From an uncultured Pelagibacteraceae bacterium (lineage in GTDB: Bacteria; Pseudomonadota; Alphaproteobacteria; Pelagibacterales; Pelagibacteraceae), in assembly GCA_902623785.1 (NCBI GenBank), contig CACNVG010000001.1:74714-138713 (forward strand): a DNA stretch of 64,000 nt. Reading direction: 5' to 3'. The translations under genes were made by a program, and so were the position numbers. Positions 32,662-42,219 of the stretch are shown here, piece after piece. Under the pieces are notes generated by a model. That model was given only the letters and a program-made list of their open reading frames with translations. It made no database searches and was not told the origin of the DNA. Positions within the stretch are counted from its first letter, which is position 1, and each line of letters opens with the position of its first letter.

Positions 32662-33903
32662 ATGAAAATTGCTGTAATTGGGTCAGGAATTTCTGGATTA
32701 AGTGCAGCATATTATTTATCAAAAAAACATAAAGTTGATCTTTTCGAAAAAGAAGATCGATTTGGTGGACATTCTCATACATTAGAAATTTCATCCGACA
32801 TTCAAAGTAAAAAAAAGATCCGTACAGATATTGGATTTATAGTTTTTAACAAACATACCTATCCAAACTTGATTAATTTTTTTAGCGAAATCGGAATAGA
32901 AATTGAAAAAAGTAATATGAGTTTATCATTTTTGGTAGAAGAAAAGAATTTAGAATACAGCGGTAAAGGAGTCCGAGGTTTATTTTCCTATAAAAAAAAT
33001 TTATTTGATCTTAATTTCCTAAAAATGTTTTATGAGATTATCAAGTTTTATAACAAGAGCTCTAAACTGAATGATATTGATGAAAATTTAAACCTTGGAA
33101 CATTTCTTCAAAAAGAAAAAATGTCAGATTTTTTTATCAATTATCATATTTTACCAATGGTATCAGCTATATGGTCAATGCCACCCGATAACGCAAAAAA
33201 TATGCCTATTAAGTTTTTTTTAAATTTTTTTCAAAATCATGGATTATTCAAGTTAAATAACAGACCTCAATGGTACACTGTAAAAAATAGAAGTATTGAA
33301 TATGTAAACGCAGTTATAAAAAAAATTAGTGGAGAGCACTTTAAAAATTATAAAATTAATAAAGTTACAAGATCTAGTAACTCTGCACGTGTCTTTTATG
33401 GAGGAAAAAGCGAATATTTTGAATACGATAAAGTTGTGATTGCTACGCATGCAGATGAAGCTTTATCTATAATCGATGAGCCCTCTGATGATGAAAAAAG
33501 TATTTTGAGTAACTTTAAATACAAGAAAAACTTAGCAGTAATTCATTTTGATGAAACTGTTATGCCAAAAAAAAAGATTAATTGGAGCGCATGGAATACT
33601 TTTGTATCAGAAAATAATGATAGTTCAGTTACTTACTGGTTAAATTTATTACAGAATTTAGATATAGAAAAAAATATCTTTTTAACCTTAAATCCTCATT
33701 TCAATATTGATGAAAAACTCATTGTTGATAAAATTGAATTTAGTCATCCGTATTATGATCATGATACTTTAAAAAATCAAAAAAAATTAGATTTATTACA
33801 AAATAAACAAAATATATTGTTTTGTGGAAGTTATCATGGTTATGGTTTTCATGAAGACGGTATCAAATCAACATTAAATATGCTTAAATTCATTAATGAT
33901 TGA
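32662..33903 (+). CDS. FAD-dependent oxidoreductase, UfaD-like fatty acyl desaturase
   Basis: GSGISG, GGHSHT, DIGFIVFN--TYPN, AIWS, WSAWN, GFHEDG; upstream of DUF1365 and cfa-like genes. Confidence 0.82.
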   Translation: MKIAVIGSGISGLSAAYYLSKKHKVDLFEKEDRFGGHSHTLEISSDIQSKKKIRTDIGFIVFNKHTYPNLINFFSEIGIEIEKSNMSLSFLVEEKNLEYSGKGVRGLFSYKKNLFDLNFLKMFYEIIKFYNKSSKLNDIDENLNLGTFLQKEKMSDFFINYHILPMVSAIWSMPPDNAKNMPIKFFLNFFQNHGLFKLNNRPQWYTVKNRSIEYVNAVIKKISGEHFKNYKINKVTRSSNSARVFYGGKSEYFEYDKVVIATHADEALSIIDEPSDDEKSILSNFKYKKNLAVIHFDETVMPKKKINWSAWNTFVSENNDSSVTYWLNLLQNLDIEKNIFLTLNPHFNIDEKLIVDKIEFSHPYYDHDTLKNQKKLDLLQNKQNILFCGSYHGYGFHEDGIKSTLNMLKFIND

Positions 33904-34663
33904 AAATTCATTTATATATACGGGTGAAGTCATTCATAAAAGATTTAAACCAAAAGAACATTTTTTTAAATACAGTGTGTTCTCTTTATTAATCGATCTT
34001 AACGAAATAAGACTTATAGATAAAAAAATTCCTTTTTTTTCTTACAATAAATTTAATGTTCTAAGTTTTTTTGATAAGGACCATGGTGAGAGAGATGGTT
34101 CTGATTTAGGAATATGGGTGGGAAAAAAATTAAAAGAAAAAGGAATTACTTCAGAAGATATTAAGATTAAAATACTTTGTTACCCTAGAATTTTTGGATA
34201 TGTTTTCAATCCACTAAGCATTTTTTTTATTTATAATAGAACTGATGAACCAATTGCAATTTTTTATGAAGTAAAAAATACATTTGGAGAACAACACACC
34301 TATATATTTGAAATTAAAAATTCGACCCCACAAATTAAAAATGATTGCAAAAAGAAGTTTTTCGTATCTCCCTTCATGGACCTTCAATCAGAATATTTCT
34401 TTAAAGTATTATTACCTAATGAAAAATTATCTGTAATCATTGATCAAAGAGATAAGGAAGGTAAGCTTCTGTTTGCATCCCAGGATGGAATTAGGCATGA
34501 TTTAACCTTAAAAAACTTATTATTTTGCTATCTAAAGCACCCTCTAATGAGTTTTAAAGTAATATCAGCTATACATTTTGAAGCATTAAAATTGTGGATC
34601 AAAGGCGTTAAGTTGATCAAAAAAAACATTAAAATAAAAAATAATACGACCTTTGAAAACTAA
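33896..34663 (+). CDS. DUF1365 family protein (UfaO-like)
   Basis: HKRFKP, PRIFGYVFNPLS, EVKNTFGE, KKFFVSPF, IHFEALKLW. Confidence 0.9.
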   Translation: MIENSFIYTGEVIHKRFKPKEHFFKYSVFSLLIDLNEIRLIDKKIPFFSYNKFNVLSFFDKDHGERDGSDLGIWVGKKLKEKGITSEDIKIKILCYPRIFGYVFNPLSIFFIYNRTDEPIAIFYEVKNTFGEQHTYIFEIKNSTPQIKNDCKKKFFVSPFMDLQSEYFFKVLLPNEKLSVIIDQRDKEGKLLFASQDGIRHDLTLKNLLFCYLKHPLMSFKVISAIHFEALKLWIKGVKLIKKNIKIKNNTTFEN

Positions 34664-35838
34664 TGATAAATAAAATTTCAGATAAAATCGTCTTTTCTGG
34701 TTTAAAGTTAATAAAGCACGGCAAGTTAAATGTTATTACTTTCCAAAATAAAAAATTACAGTTTGGAAACGATGGTAATTTAGAAGTAAGTATTAAAATT
34801 AATAAGCCGGATTTTTCAAAAAATATAATTGCAAAAGGTAGCGTAGGTTTAGCCGAATCTTATATGAGAGGGGATTTTGAAACAGATGATTTATCGAAGT
34901 TAATTGAATTAAGTGCCAAGAATATAAAGCTAGTTCATAGATTTTCTGGAATACTAGACTTAACATATTTAAATTATTTCAAAAGATTTATTAATCGAAA
35001 CACTAAAACAAAAAGTAAAGAACATATTTCGAAACATTATGATCTTGGAAATGAATTCTTTTCTTTGTGGCTTGATGATACATTAACTTATTCAAGTGCA
35101 ATTTTTGAAAATGAGAAATCAAATTTATACGAGGCACAAATAAACAAATATAAAAAACTTTCAAATCTGCTTAAACCAAGATCAGGTGATAAACTACTAG
35201 AAATCGGATGCGGGTGGGGAGGATTTGCAGAATATATTGGTAAAAACCACGATGTGAATCTTGATTGTATTACAATATCTAAAAAGCAATATGAATTTGC
35301 AAAAAAACGTATTCATGACGCTGGTCTAAACGAAAAAATTAATATTCAAATGAAAGATTATAGAGATGTTAAACAAAATTATAATTCTATAGCTTCTATA
35401 GAGATGATTGAAGCTGTGGGAAAAGATTATCTAAAAAATTACTTTCAAACAATTAAAAAAAACCTGGTACCAGGTGGCAAGGCTGCAATCCAAGCCATTA
35501 CAATTGATGATAAATTATACAGTAGATATAAAAGAAAAGAAGATTTTATTCAAAAATATATCTTCCCCGGAGGTTTTTTGCCATCAAAAGAGTCAATTTT
35601 AAACTATGCAAATAAAACTGGACTTAATTTCGATCAATGTAATTCTTATGGTTTACACTACAGCAATACTCTTAAGATCTGGAGAGACAAATTTTCAGAA
35701 AGATGGGAAGAAATTTCTGAACAAGGTTTTGACAATACCTTCAAAAGAATGTGGAATTTCTATTTATCCTATTGTGAAGCAGGATTTAAATCTAAGAATA
35801 TTGATTTAATTCAATTTTCTTTAACTAATAAAGCGTAA
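34663..35838 (+). CDS. Cyclopropane-fatty-acyl-phospholipid synthase family methyltransferase (UfaM-like)
   Basis: HYDLGN, TYSSA, LEIGCGWG, SIEMIEAVG, YIFPGG, YLSYCEAGF. Confidence 0.92.
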   Translation: MINKISDKIVFSGLKLIKHGKLNVITFQNKKLQFGNDGNLEVSIKINKPDFSKNIIAKGSVGLAESYMRGDFETDDLSKLIELSAKNIKLVHRFSGILDLTYLNYFKRFINRNTKTKSKEHISKHYDLGNEFFSLWLDDTLTYSSAIFENEKSNLYEAQINKYKKLSNLLKPRSGDKLLEIGCGWGGFAEYIGKNHDVNLDCITISKKQYEFAKKRIHDAGLNEKINIQMKDYRDVKQNYNSIASIEMIEAVGKDYLKNYFQTIKKNLVPGGKAAIQAITIDDKLYSRYKRKEDFIQKYIFPGGFLPSKESILNYANKTGLNFDQCNSYGLHYSNTLKIWRDKFSERWEEISEQGFDNTFKRMWNFYLSYCEAGFKSKNIDLIQFSLTNKA

Positions 35839-35843
35839 TAAAG

Positions 35844-36377
35844 ATGAAAATAATAAATTCAATTTTGTTGATAATTACTTTAGCTTTAGTTACAAGCTGT
35901 TCTAATAATATGAAACCAGAAGACTTTAAAAACACTGAGCCAACTCTTTTAATTGAAGAATATTTTGATGGGAAGGTTAAAGCTTGGGGAATTTTACAAG
36001 ACCGAAGTGGAAAAGTTACAAGACAGTTTAAAGCAGATTTAGTTGGATCCTTTAAAGAAAATGTCATCACTTTAGATGAAGATTTTTATTGGACTGATGG
36101 TGAAAAACAAAAGAGAACATGGAAAATAAAAAAAATTGATGACAACAATTATGTTGGGACTGCTCCAGATGTAGTTGGAGAGGCTACAGGTGTTCAATAT
36201 GGATCAGCATTTAAATTTAAGTACGACTTAATGGTGCCTTTTAAAAATAAAAATATCAAAATTTCATTTGATGACTGGATATTTAAACAAGACGAAAAGG
36301 TTGCGATTAATCGTGCAACGCTTACTAAGTTTGGATTTAAAGTTGGAGAACTTACTGTATTTTTTATGAGAGACTAA
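35844..36377 (+). CDS. DUF3833 family lipoprotein
   Basis: Lipobox LVTSC; YFDG-V-AWG, LDEDF, FDDW, KFG motifs. Confidence 0.85.
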   Translation: MKIINSILLIITLALVTSCSNNMKPEDFKNTEPTLLIEEYFDGKVKAWGILQDRSGKVTRQFKADLVGSFKENVITLDEDFYWTDGEKQKRTWKIKKIDDNNYVGTAPDVVGEATGVQYGSAFKFKYDLMVPFKNKNIKISFDDWIFKQDEKVAINRATLTKFGFKVGELTVFFMRD

Positions 36378-37132
36378 TCTTTAATTCGCTTCATCCCTTT
36401 TTCGAGAATCTTAAAATATAAACCATTTGGAAGTACCTTAAGAACCTTCATAATTGTTGTGAAAGACTTGGGAAAATGAATTTCAAAACCTTTACTTTTT
36501 GTCAATCCTTTAAACATTTGTTCCGCAGCAAACTCAGGCGATTTAATCATCGGCATTGGAAAATCATTTTTATCTGTCATAGGGGTTTTTATAAATCCAG
36601 GACTTACAAGAGATACTCTGACGTTACTTCTTTTAAGGTCAAAATATAAACTTTCTGCAAAACTAGATAAAGCTGATTTGGATGCACAATAAGCTCCCGC
36701 TGCAGGAAGACCTCTATAACCCGCTACAGAAGACACTATAGATATTTGCCCCGCCTTTTTACTTTTATAATACTCATAAACTGCATTTATCGAATTTACT
36801 GTTCCAAAAAAATTTACTTCCATAATTTTTCTTACTTTTTCAAGATTTAATGTTTTTTCAGATTTCGGATCATGAATCCCTGTGCAGAAAACAGAGATAT
36901 CAATTTCTCCAAGCTTTTCTTTTACTTGCGAGAATACACTTTTACATTTTTCATTGTTGGTAACGTCTAGAGGAAAGGCAATAATATTCTCATTAGATTT
37001 AGATATTTCATCTAATAAATTTTCTCTTCTTGCGGAAATAGCAACTTTCCATCCTTCCTGAGCAAATTTTAGCGCTAAGGACTTTCCTATACCACTGCTA
37101 GCACCTGTAATCCAAATTGTTTTATTATTCAT
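36374..37132 (-). CDS. SDR family oxidoreductase
   Basis: TGASSGIG, YCASK, PGFIKTPMT. Confidence 0.92.
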   Translation of the reverse strand: MNNKTIWITGASSGIGKSLALKFAQEGWKVAISARRENLLDEISKSNENIIAFPLDVTNNEKCKSVFSQVKEKLGEIDISVFCTGIHDPKSEKTLNLEKVRKIMEVNFFGTVNSINAVYEYYKSKKAGQISIVSSVAGYRGLPAAGAYCASKSALSSFAESLYFDLKRSNVRVSLVSPGFIKTPMTDKNDFPMPMIKSPEFAAEQMFKGLTKSKGFEIHFPKSFTTIMKVLKVLPNGLYFKILEKGMKRIKD

Positions 37133-37156
37133 ATAAGATTGATGTATAGTATGATT

Positions 37157-37624
37157 ATGCTTAAAAATAAATTTATATCTTTTCTTCTATTTGCAATAGT
37201 TACATATTCAGCGTCTTTTATCGGCAGTATAGCGACAATTTCTTACAAAGAACCATGGTATTCAGGTTTAAACAAATCATTTTTAACTCCACCAGATTGG
37301 GTCTTCGCACCTGTATGGACTACATTATATTTATTCATGACTATAGCAATATGGGCAGCGTGGCATAAAAATTATAAAAATATAAATCTTGTTTTAATTT
37401 ATTTTATTCATCTATGCTTTAATACAACTTGGAGTATAGTTTTTTTTGTTTTTCATAATATCTTTTTTGCTCTTATAAATTTATTAGTAATTATTTTTTT
37501 CATAATAGTTTTAATTTTAAAATATAAAGATATAAATAAAGTAAGTTATTATTTGATGATTCCTTATTTACTTTGGAGTTGTTATGCATTAATTCTAAAT
37601 TTTAGTTTATTAATATTAAATTAA
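37157..37624 (+). CDS. tspO: TspO/MBR family protein
   Basis: WY--LNK, PPDWVFAPVWT, PYLLW--YA--LN; start uncertain (37139-37157). Confidence 0.9.
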   Translation: MLKNKFISFLLFAIVTYSASFIGSIATISYKEPWYSGLNKSFLTPPDWVFAPVWTTLYLFMTIAIWAAWHKNYKNINLVLIYFIHLCFNTTWSIVFFVFHNIFFALINLLVIIFFIIVLILKYKDINKVSYYLMIPYLLWSCYALILNFSLLILN

Positions 37625-37625
37625 T

Positions 37626-38729
37626 ATGGATGATGTTGTTATAGTTGGTGGTGGTATAATAGGAGCTGCAACAGCTTATTTTCTCTCAAAAGAGGGGAGA
37701 AAAGTAAAAGTTATTGAGAGGGATCCAACTTATAGAACTGCATCTTTCCCTTTGTCACTAGGTGGCTTCAGAAGACAATTTTTTCAAACAGAAAATATAC
37801 TTTTAGGAAAATTTGCTAGAGAATTTATTTTCCAAATACCAGAACTTTTAAAAACAAAAAAAAATCCCAAACCTACTGCTAGTATGGTGCCGAACGGATA
37901 TTTGCTTATGTTTGGAGCAGAACATGCTGAAGAACAATATAAAGCTCTTGAAAATCATAAAGCATGTGATGCTGGTACAAAAAATATAAAAGGTTCTGAT
38001 TTGAAAAAATATTTTCCTTACATAAACAACGAAGGCATTGAAACAGCAACGTTTACAGACAATAAAAGTGAAGGCTGGATTGATCCATTTATGTTTCATG
38101 GAGCACTCAAAAGCAAAGCAATTGAGCTAGGTGCTGAGTTCGTGAAAGGCGAAGTAAAATCTTTATCAGAGATTAAGGCTAAAACCATCGTATCAGCTGC
38201 TGGATGTTGGACAAAAGAATTATTGGAAGATATTCCAGTAGAGCCACAAAAACACACTGTCTTTAGAGTAAAGTGTCCCAAACATATTCCTGAAATGCCT
38301 TTGACTGGAGATTTGACTACTGGAGTTTATTGGCGACCAGAGGGAAAAGAGTATCTTGCAGGATCTCCTAAATCTGTTTTTGATGCAAAAGATCTTGAAC
38401 CTGCATGGGATGATTTTGAAGAATTAGTTTGGCCAGCTCTTGCTCAAAGAGTTCCAATATTTGAAGAATTAAAACTAACAGGTGGTTGGGCTGGGTACTA
38501 TGATTGCAATAGATTAGATAACAATGCTGTAGTTGGTAAGCATCCAAAGTTTGAAAATGTTTACTTGGCAACTGGCTTTACAGGAAGAGGATTAATGCAA
38601 GCACCCGGAATTGGAAGAGCCTTGACAGAATTGATCACAACAGGATCATATCAATCTATTGATATTTCTAATATGGCAGTTGAAAGAGTTTTAGGAAAAA
38701 ATGCAAGGCCAGAACCATATGTTCTTTAA
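37626..38729 (+). CDS. FAD-dependent oxidoreductase (DAO family, FOXRED1/sarcosine oxidase beta-like)
   Basis: GGGIIG, SLGGFRRQF, EGWIDP, WAGYYD, GFTGRGLMQAP. Confidence 0.85.
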   Translation: MDDVVIVGGGIIGAATAYFLSKEGRKVKVIERDPTYRTASFPLSLGGFRRQFFQTENILLGKFAREFIFQIPELLKTKKNPKPTASMVPNGYLLMFGAEHAEEQYKALENHKACDAGTKNIKGSDLKKYFPYINNEGIETATFTDNKSEGWIDPFMFHGALKSKAIELGAEFVKGEVKSLSEIKAKTIVSAAGCWTKELLEDIPVEPQKHTVFRVKCPKHIPEMPLTGDLTTGVYWRPEGKEYLAGSPKSVFDAKDLEPAWDDFEELVWPALAQRVPIFEELKLTGGWAGYYDCNRLDNNAVVGKHPKFENVYLATGFTGRGLMQAPGIGRALTELITTGSYQSIDISNMAVERVLGKNARPEPYVL

Positions 38730-38768
38730 ATTTTTTTTTGAATTCCTTTATTGTAAGGTAGCAATAAT

Positions 38769-39302
38769 ATGAAAATTAATATTGGTGGAATGGAAAGAAA
38801 AGAGGGCTGGAAAATAATGAACATTCAAACTGGAGGCGAGGCAGGATTTAGCCCAAATAAGAATGAAATTGATTTTATAGGTGATATTACTGATCTGAGC
38901 CAATTTGATGATAACTCTATTGAAGAAATTTATGCAAGCCACATCATAGAACACGTTCCTCAGAAACAGGTAAAAGAAACATTTAAAGGGATTTATAGAG
39001 TATTAAAAGATAATGGTAAATTTTATGTTTCTGTTCCCGATATGGATATTTTATGTAGATTATTTCTCAGTATTAAAGAACCTAAAGCGAGATTTCATAT
39101 AATGAGAATGATGTTTGGTGGGCAAACAGATAAATACGATTTTCATTATTTTGGTTGGAACATTTTATTTCTTAAAAGTTACCTTATCGGAGCAGGTTTC
39201 AAAAATATTGAAAAAGTAAGGACCTTTTCACTTTTTGAAGACACTAGCGATTACGCACCATACGGAGAACCTATTAGTTTAAATGTTATTGCATATAAAT
39301 AA
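38769..39302 (+). CDS. Methyltransferase type 11-like protein
   Basis: KINIGG, GDITDL, IYASHIIEH, RVLKDNG, SVPD. Confidence 0.78.
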   Translation: MKINIGGMERKEGWKIMNIQTGGEAGFSPNKNEIDFIGDITDLSQFDDNSIEEIYASHIIEHVPQKQVKETFKGIYRVLKDNGKFYVSVPDMDILCRLFLSIKEPKARFHIMRMMFGGQTDKYDFHYFGWNILFLKSYLIGAGFKNIEKVRTFSLFEDTSDYAPYGEPISLNVIAYK

Positions 39303-39305
39303 AAG

Positions 39306-40754
39306 TTACGTACCACAAAACGTTTGATACTTTTCACTATTTTTAGGTGGTGGAGACTGATACTTAGTTAAAACCTTTTGATTTGTGTATGGATTTTTCA
39401 AGGCTTGAAGCAAATCATTAAATGGTGCCAGATCATTATTTTCAGCTAATTTTAAAACATTTTCAACGTTATGATTTCGAGGAATTATTACAGGATTACT
39501 GAGTTTCATTAACTTTTTGCTATCTTTAGTTAATCTTTTCAGCCATTTTATCTTCCAATTATCAAATTCTTCATTTTGAAAATTTTTTTTACAATCTACC
39601 TCTTGGTCCATTAAAAATAAAAAAGTGTTTGTGTAGTCTAATTCTTGCTTTTTCATAATCTCTAATAATTCAAAAATAATTAAATTATCTTCCTTATCAT
39701 CACCAATTAGGCCTAACTTACTTTTCATCATATTAAACCATTTTTCCTCATAAATTTTATCGAATTTATCGATAAGTTCTGTTGCCATTTTTAAAGCATC
39801 ATCTTTTTTTGGGTTAATCAAAGTTAGTAAACATTCAGCAAATCTAGCCAAATTCCATTTGGTGATAGCCGGCTGATTTCCATACGCATATCTTCCCATA
39901 TGATCAATAGAGCTGAAACAAGTGCCTAGATTATAACTATCCATAAAAGCACACGGACCATAATCTATCGTTTCACCTGAAATCGCCATGTTATCAGTAT
40001 TCATTACTCCATGAATAAATCCTACACGCATCCAATTGACTACTAATTCAATCTGTTTATCAATTAATTTACTGAGTAAGTCGTAAGCATTATTTTTTGA
40101 TTTTGCTATCTCAGGATAGTGTCTTTTAATTGTGTAATTAACTAAAGTATTGAGTTCATCTAAATTTTTTCTTGTTCTTATAAATTGAAAGGTTCCAACT
40201 CTAATATGACTTGATGCAACCCTTGTTAATATTGCACCCTGCAATGATTTTTCTCTAATCACATTTTCTCCAGTTTTCACAACCGCCAAACTTCTAGTTG
40301 TCGGTATATTTAATGAGTACATAGCTTCACTAATTAAATATTCTCTTAACATTGGACCAAGTGCCGCTCTTCCATCTCCGTTTCTTGAAAAAGGTGTTTG
40401 ACCTGAACCCTTAAACTGAACATCAAGTCTTTGATTACTTTTAGATATATGTTCGCCTAGCAAAACTGCACGACCATCACCCAACATTGTAAAATGACCA
40501 AACTGATGACCCGCATACGCTTGCGCCAAAGATTTAGATCCCTTTGGGAGTAAATTTCCAGAAAACATTTTTGCTAGCTGCTCATTATCTACATTAGAAA
40601 AATCCAAACCCATTTGATCAGCTAAATCATGATTTAAAATTATTAACTCTGGACGTTTTACTGGAACAGGAGAGATTTCATAGATAAAAGATTTTGGTAA
40701 ATTTGAATATGAGTTATCAAAATTCCATCCAATCGTTTTTTCTTTAATTGTCAT
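39306..40754 (-). CDS. selO: Protein adenylyltransferase SelO (YdiU)
   Basis: YAGHQFG, LGDGRA, KGSG-T-FSR-GDGRA, HGVMNTDN, IDYGP, C-terminal TFCGT; ATG 40754. Confidence 0.95.
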   Translation of the reverse strand: MTIKEKTIGWNFDNSYSNLPKSFIYEISPVPVKRPELIILNHDLADQMGLDFSNVDNEQLAKMFSGNLLPKGSKSLAQAYAGHQFGHFTMLGDGRAVLLGEHISKSNQRLDVQFKGSGQTPFSRNGDGRAALGPMLREYLISEAMYSLNIPTTRSLAVVKTGENVIREKSLQGAILTRVASSHIRVGTFQFIRTRKNLDELNTLVNYTIKRHYPEIAKSKNNAYDLLSKLIDKQIELVVNWMRVGFIHGVMNTDNMAISGETIDYGPCAFMDSYNLGTCFSSIDHMGRYAYGNQPAITKWNLARFAECLLTLINPKKDDALKMATELIDKFDKIYEEKWFNMMKSKLGLIGDDKEDNLIIFELLEIMKKQELDYTNTFLFLMDQEVDCKKNFQNEEFDNWKIKWLKRLTKDSKKLMKLSNPVIIPRNHNVENVLKLAENNDLAPFNDLLQALKNPYTNQKVLTKYQSPPPKNSEKYQTFCGT

Positions 40755-40923
40755 TTCCAATTTTTTTTACGTACAAACCTAAAACTCCATTAAAAATCGA
40801 AACAGCAATTATAATTGATTGACCTTTAAAAGAGTAAAAATCAAAAGTTGGGTAAAAACCTATAGCAACACTTAAGAAAAGATAAGTTAAAATAAATGGT
40901 CTTAAAAATTTCTTTATTCTCAA
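40744..40923 (-). CDS. Small two-TM membrane protein, 59 aa (not in ORF track)
   Basis: TTG 40923 to TAA 40744: MRIKKFLRPFILTYLFLSVAIGFYPTFDFYSFKGQSIIIAVSIFNGVLGLYVKKIGNDN; fills the fdh-selO gap. Confidence 0.6.
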   Translation of the reverse strand: MRIKKFLRPFILTYLFLSVAIGFYPTFDFYSFKGQSIIIAVSIFNGVLGLYVKKIGNDN

Positions 40924-40926
40924 TTT

Positions 40927-42126
40927 TTATTTTTTCTTATATTTTGCGGCCTCCTCAGAACCACTTGTTGCTGAACCTTTACTGTATGAGTGTGCACCCA
41001 TTCCAGCTAATTGTCCGTCTTTTACAATAAGGTATTGATCTCTAATAGGTTTTTTATCGAAGAAGCATTCTAGTATTTCTCTTACACCATCTGCATATCT
41101 TGCTTGAGCAGAAAGCGATGTTCCTGATGTATGAGGAGTCATTCCGTGATTAGGCATTGATCTCCATACATGGTCATTTGGAGCAGGTTGTGGGAACCAT
41201 ACATCTCCAGCATATCCACTTAACTGACCAGATTTTAATGCATCTGCTATATCGTTTTTGTTACAAATTTTTCCTCTAGCAGTATTAACTATGTAAGCAC
41301 CTTTTTTCATTTTACTAATCATTTTTTTATCGAATAAGTTTTCAGTTTCAGGGTGTAATGGACAGTTAATTGTAACTACGTCACAAACTTTCACCATTGA
41401 CTCAACAGACTCATGAAAAGTAAGATTTAATTCTTTTTCTACACTGTCAGGTAATTTATGTCTATCAAAGTAGTGTAAATGTACATCAAAAGGTTTCATT
41501 TTCCTTAAAGCATCAAGACCAATTCTTCCTGCTGCAACTGTTCCAATATGCATTCCTTCAACGTCATAACTTCTGTGAACAGCATCAGCTATATTCCACC
41601 CACCCTCGTTAACAATTCTATGTTGATTATGATAATCTCTGACCATTGACACGATCATCATTACAATATGTTCGGCAACTGATCTTGAATTACAAAATGT
41701 AACTTCAACAACATCAATTTTATTGTCCATTGCTGCTTGTAAGTCTACGTGATCAGATCCTATACCAGCGGTAATTGCCATTTTTAAATTTTTTGCTTTT
41801 GCTATTCTCTCTTTAGTTAAGTAATACGGAAAAAATGGTTGAGAAATTACGATGTCTGCATCAACAATATGTTTGTCTGCTTCACATCCATCACCATCTT
41901 TACTATTAGTAACAATAAATTCATGGCCACTACTCTCTAAAAATTTTCTAAGTCCTAATTCTCCTGATACACATCCAAGTAATTGACCAGGTGTAAAATC
42001 TCTTCCTTTAGGAGAAGGTAATGTCATTCCATCAGGATATTTTTCAAGTTTTGGTAAATCGCTCAAAGGATAAGATTTTGGCATTCCACCTTTTGGATCG
42101 TCATATAAAACACATAATATTTTCAT
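40927..42126 (-). CDS. fdh: NAD-dependent, metal-independent formate dehydrogenase
   Basis: LYDDP, ISQPF, AGIGSDH, AAGRIG, NTARG, DVWFPQP, PHTSG; AGGAG RBS. Confidence 0.95.
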   Translation of the reverse strand: MKILCVLYDDPKGGMPKSYPLSDLPKLEKYPDGMTLPSPKGRDFTPGQLLGCVSGELGLRKFLESSGHEFIVTNSKDGDGCEADKHIVDADIVISQPFFPYYLTKERIAKAKNLKMAITAGIGSDHVDLQAAMDNKIDVVEVTFCNSRSVAEHIVMMIVSMVRDYHNQHRIVNEGGWNIADAVHRSYDVEGMHIGTVAAGRIGLDALRKMKPFDVHLHYFDRHKLPDSVEKELNLTFHESVESMVKVCDVVTINCPLHPETENLFDKKMISKMKKGAYIVNTARGKICNKNDIADALKSGQLSGYAGDVWFPQPAPNDHVWRSMPNHGMTPHTSGTSLSAQARYADGVREILECFFDKKPIRDQYLIVKDGQLAGMGAHSYSKGSATSGSEEAAKYKKK

Positions 42127-42178
42127 TTTTATTCTCCTAGTTGTTTATAAAAGCAATTATCTTGAATTTATATGTCAG

Positions 42179-42208
42179 ACTGTAGCACAATAATAAAGCG
42201 TCTAGCAA
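42179..42208 (-). promoter_or_regulatory. Putative fdh promoter
   Basis: Minus strand TTGCTA (42208-03), 18-nt spacer, TACAGT (42184-79). Confidence 0.45.
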
Positions 42209-42219
42209 ATAAATAGTGT

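Noticed and set aside
39306-39330. Selenocysteine in SelO
   Set aside because: C-terminus is TFCGT with an ordinary Cys codon and a TAA stop.
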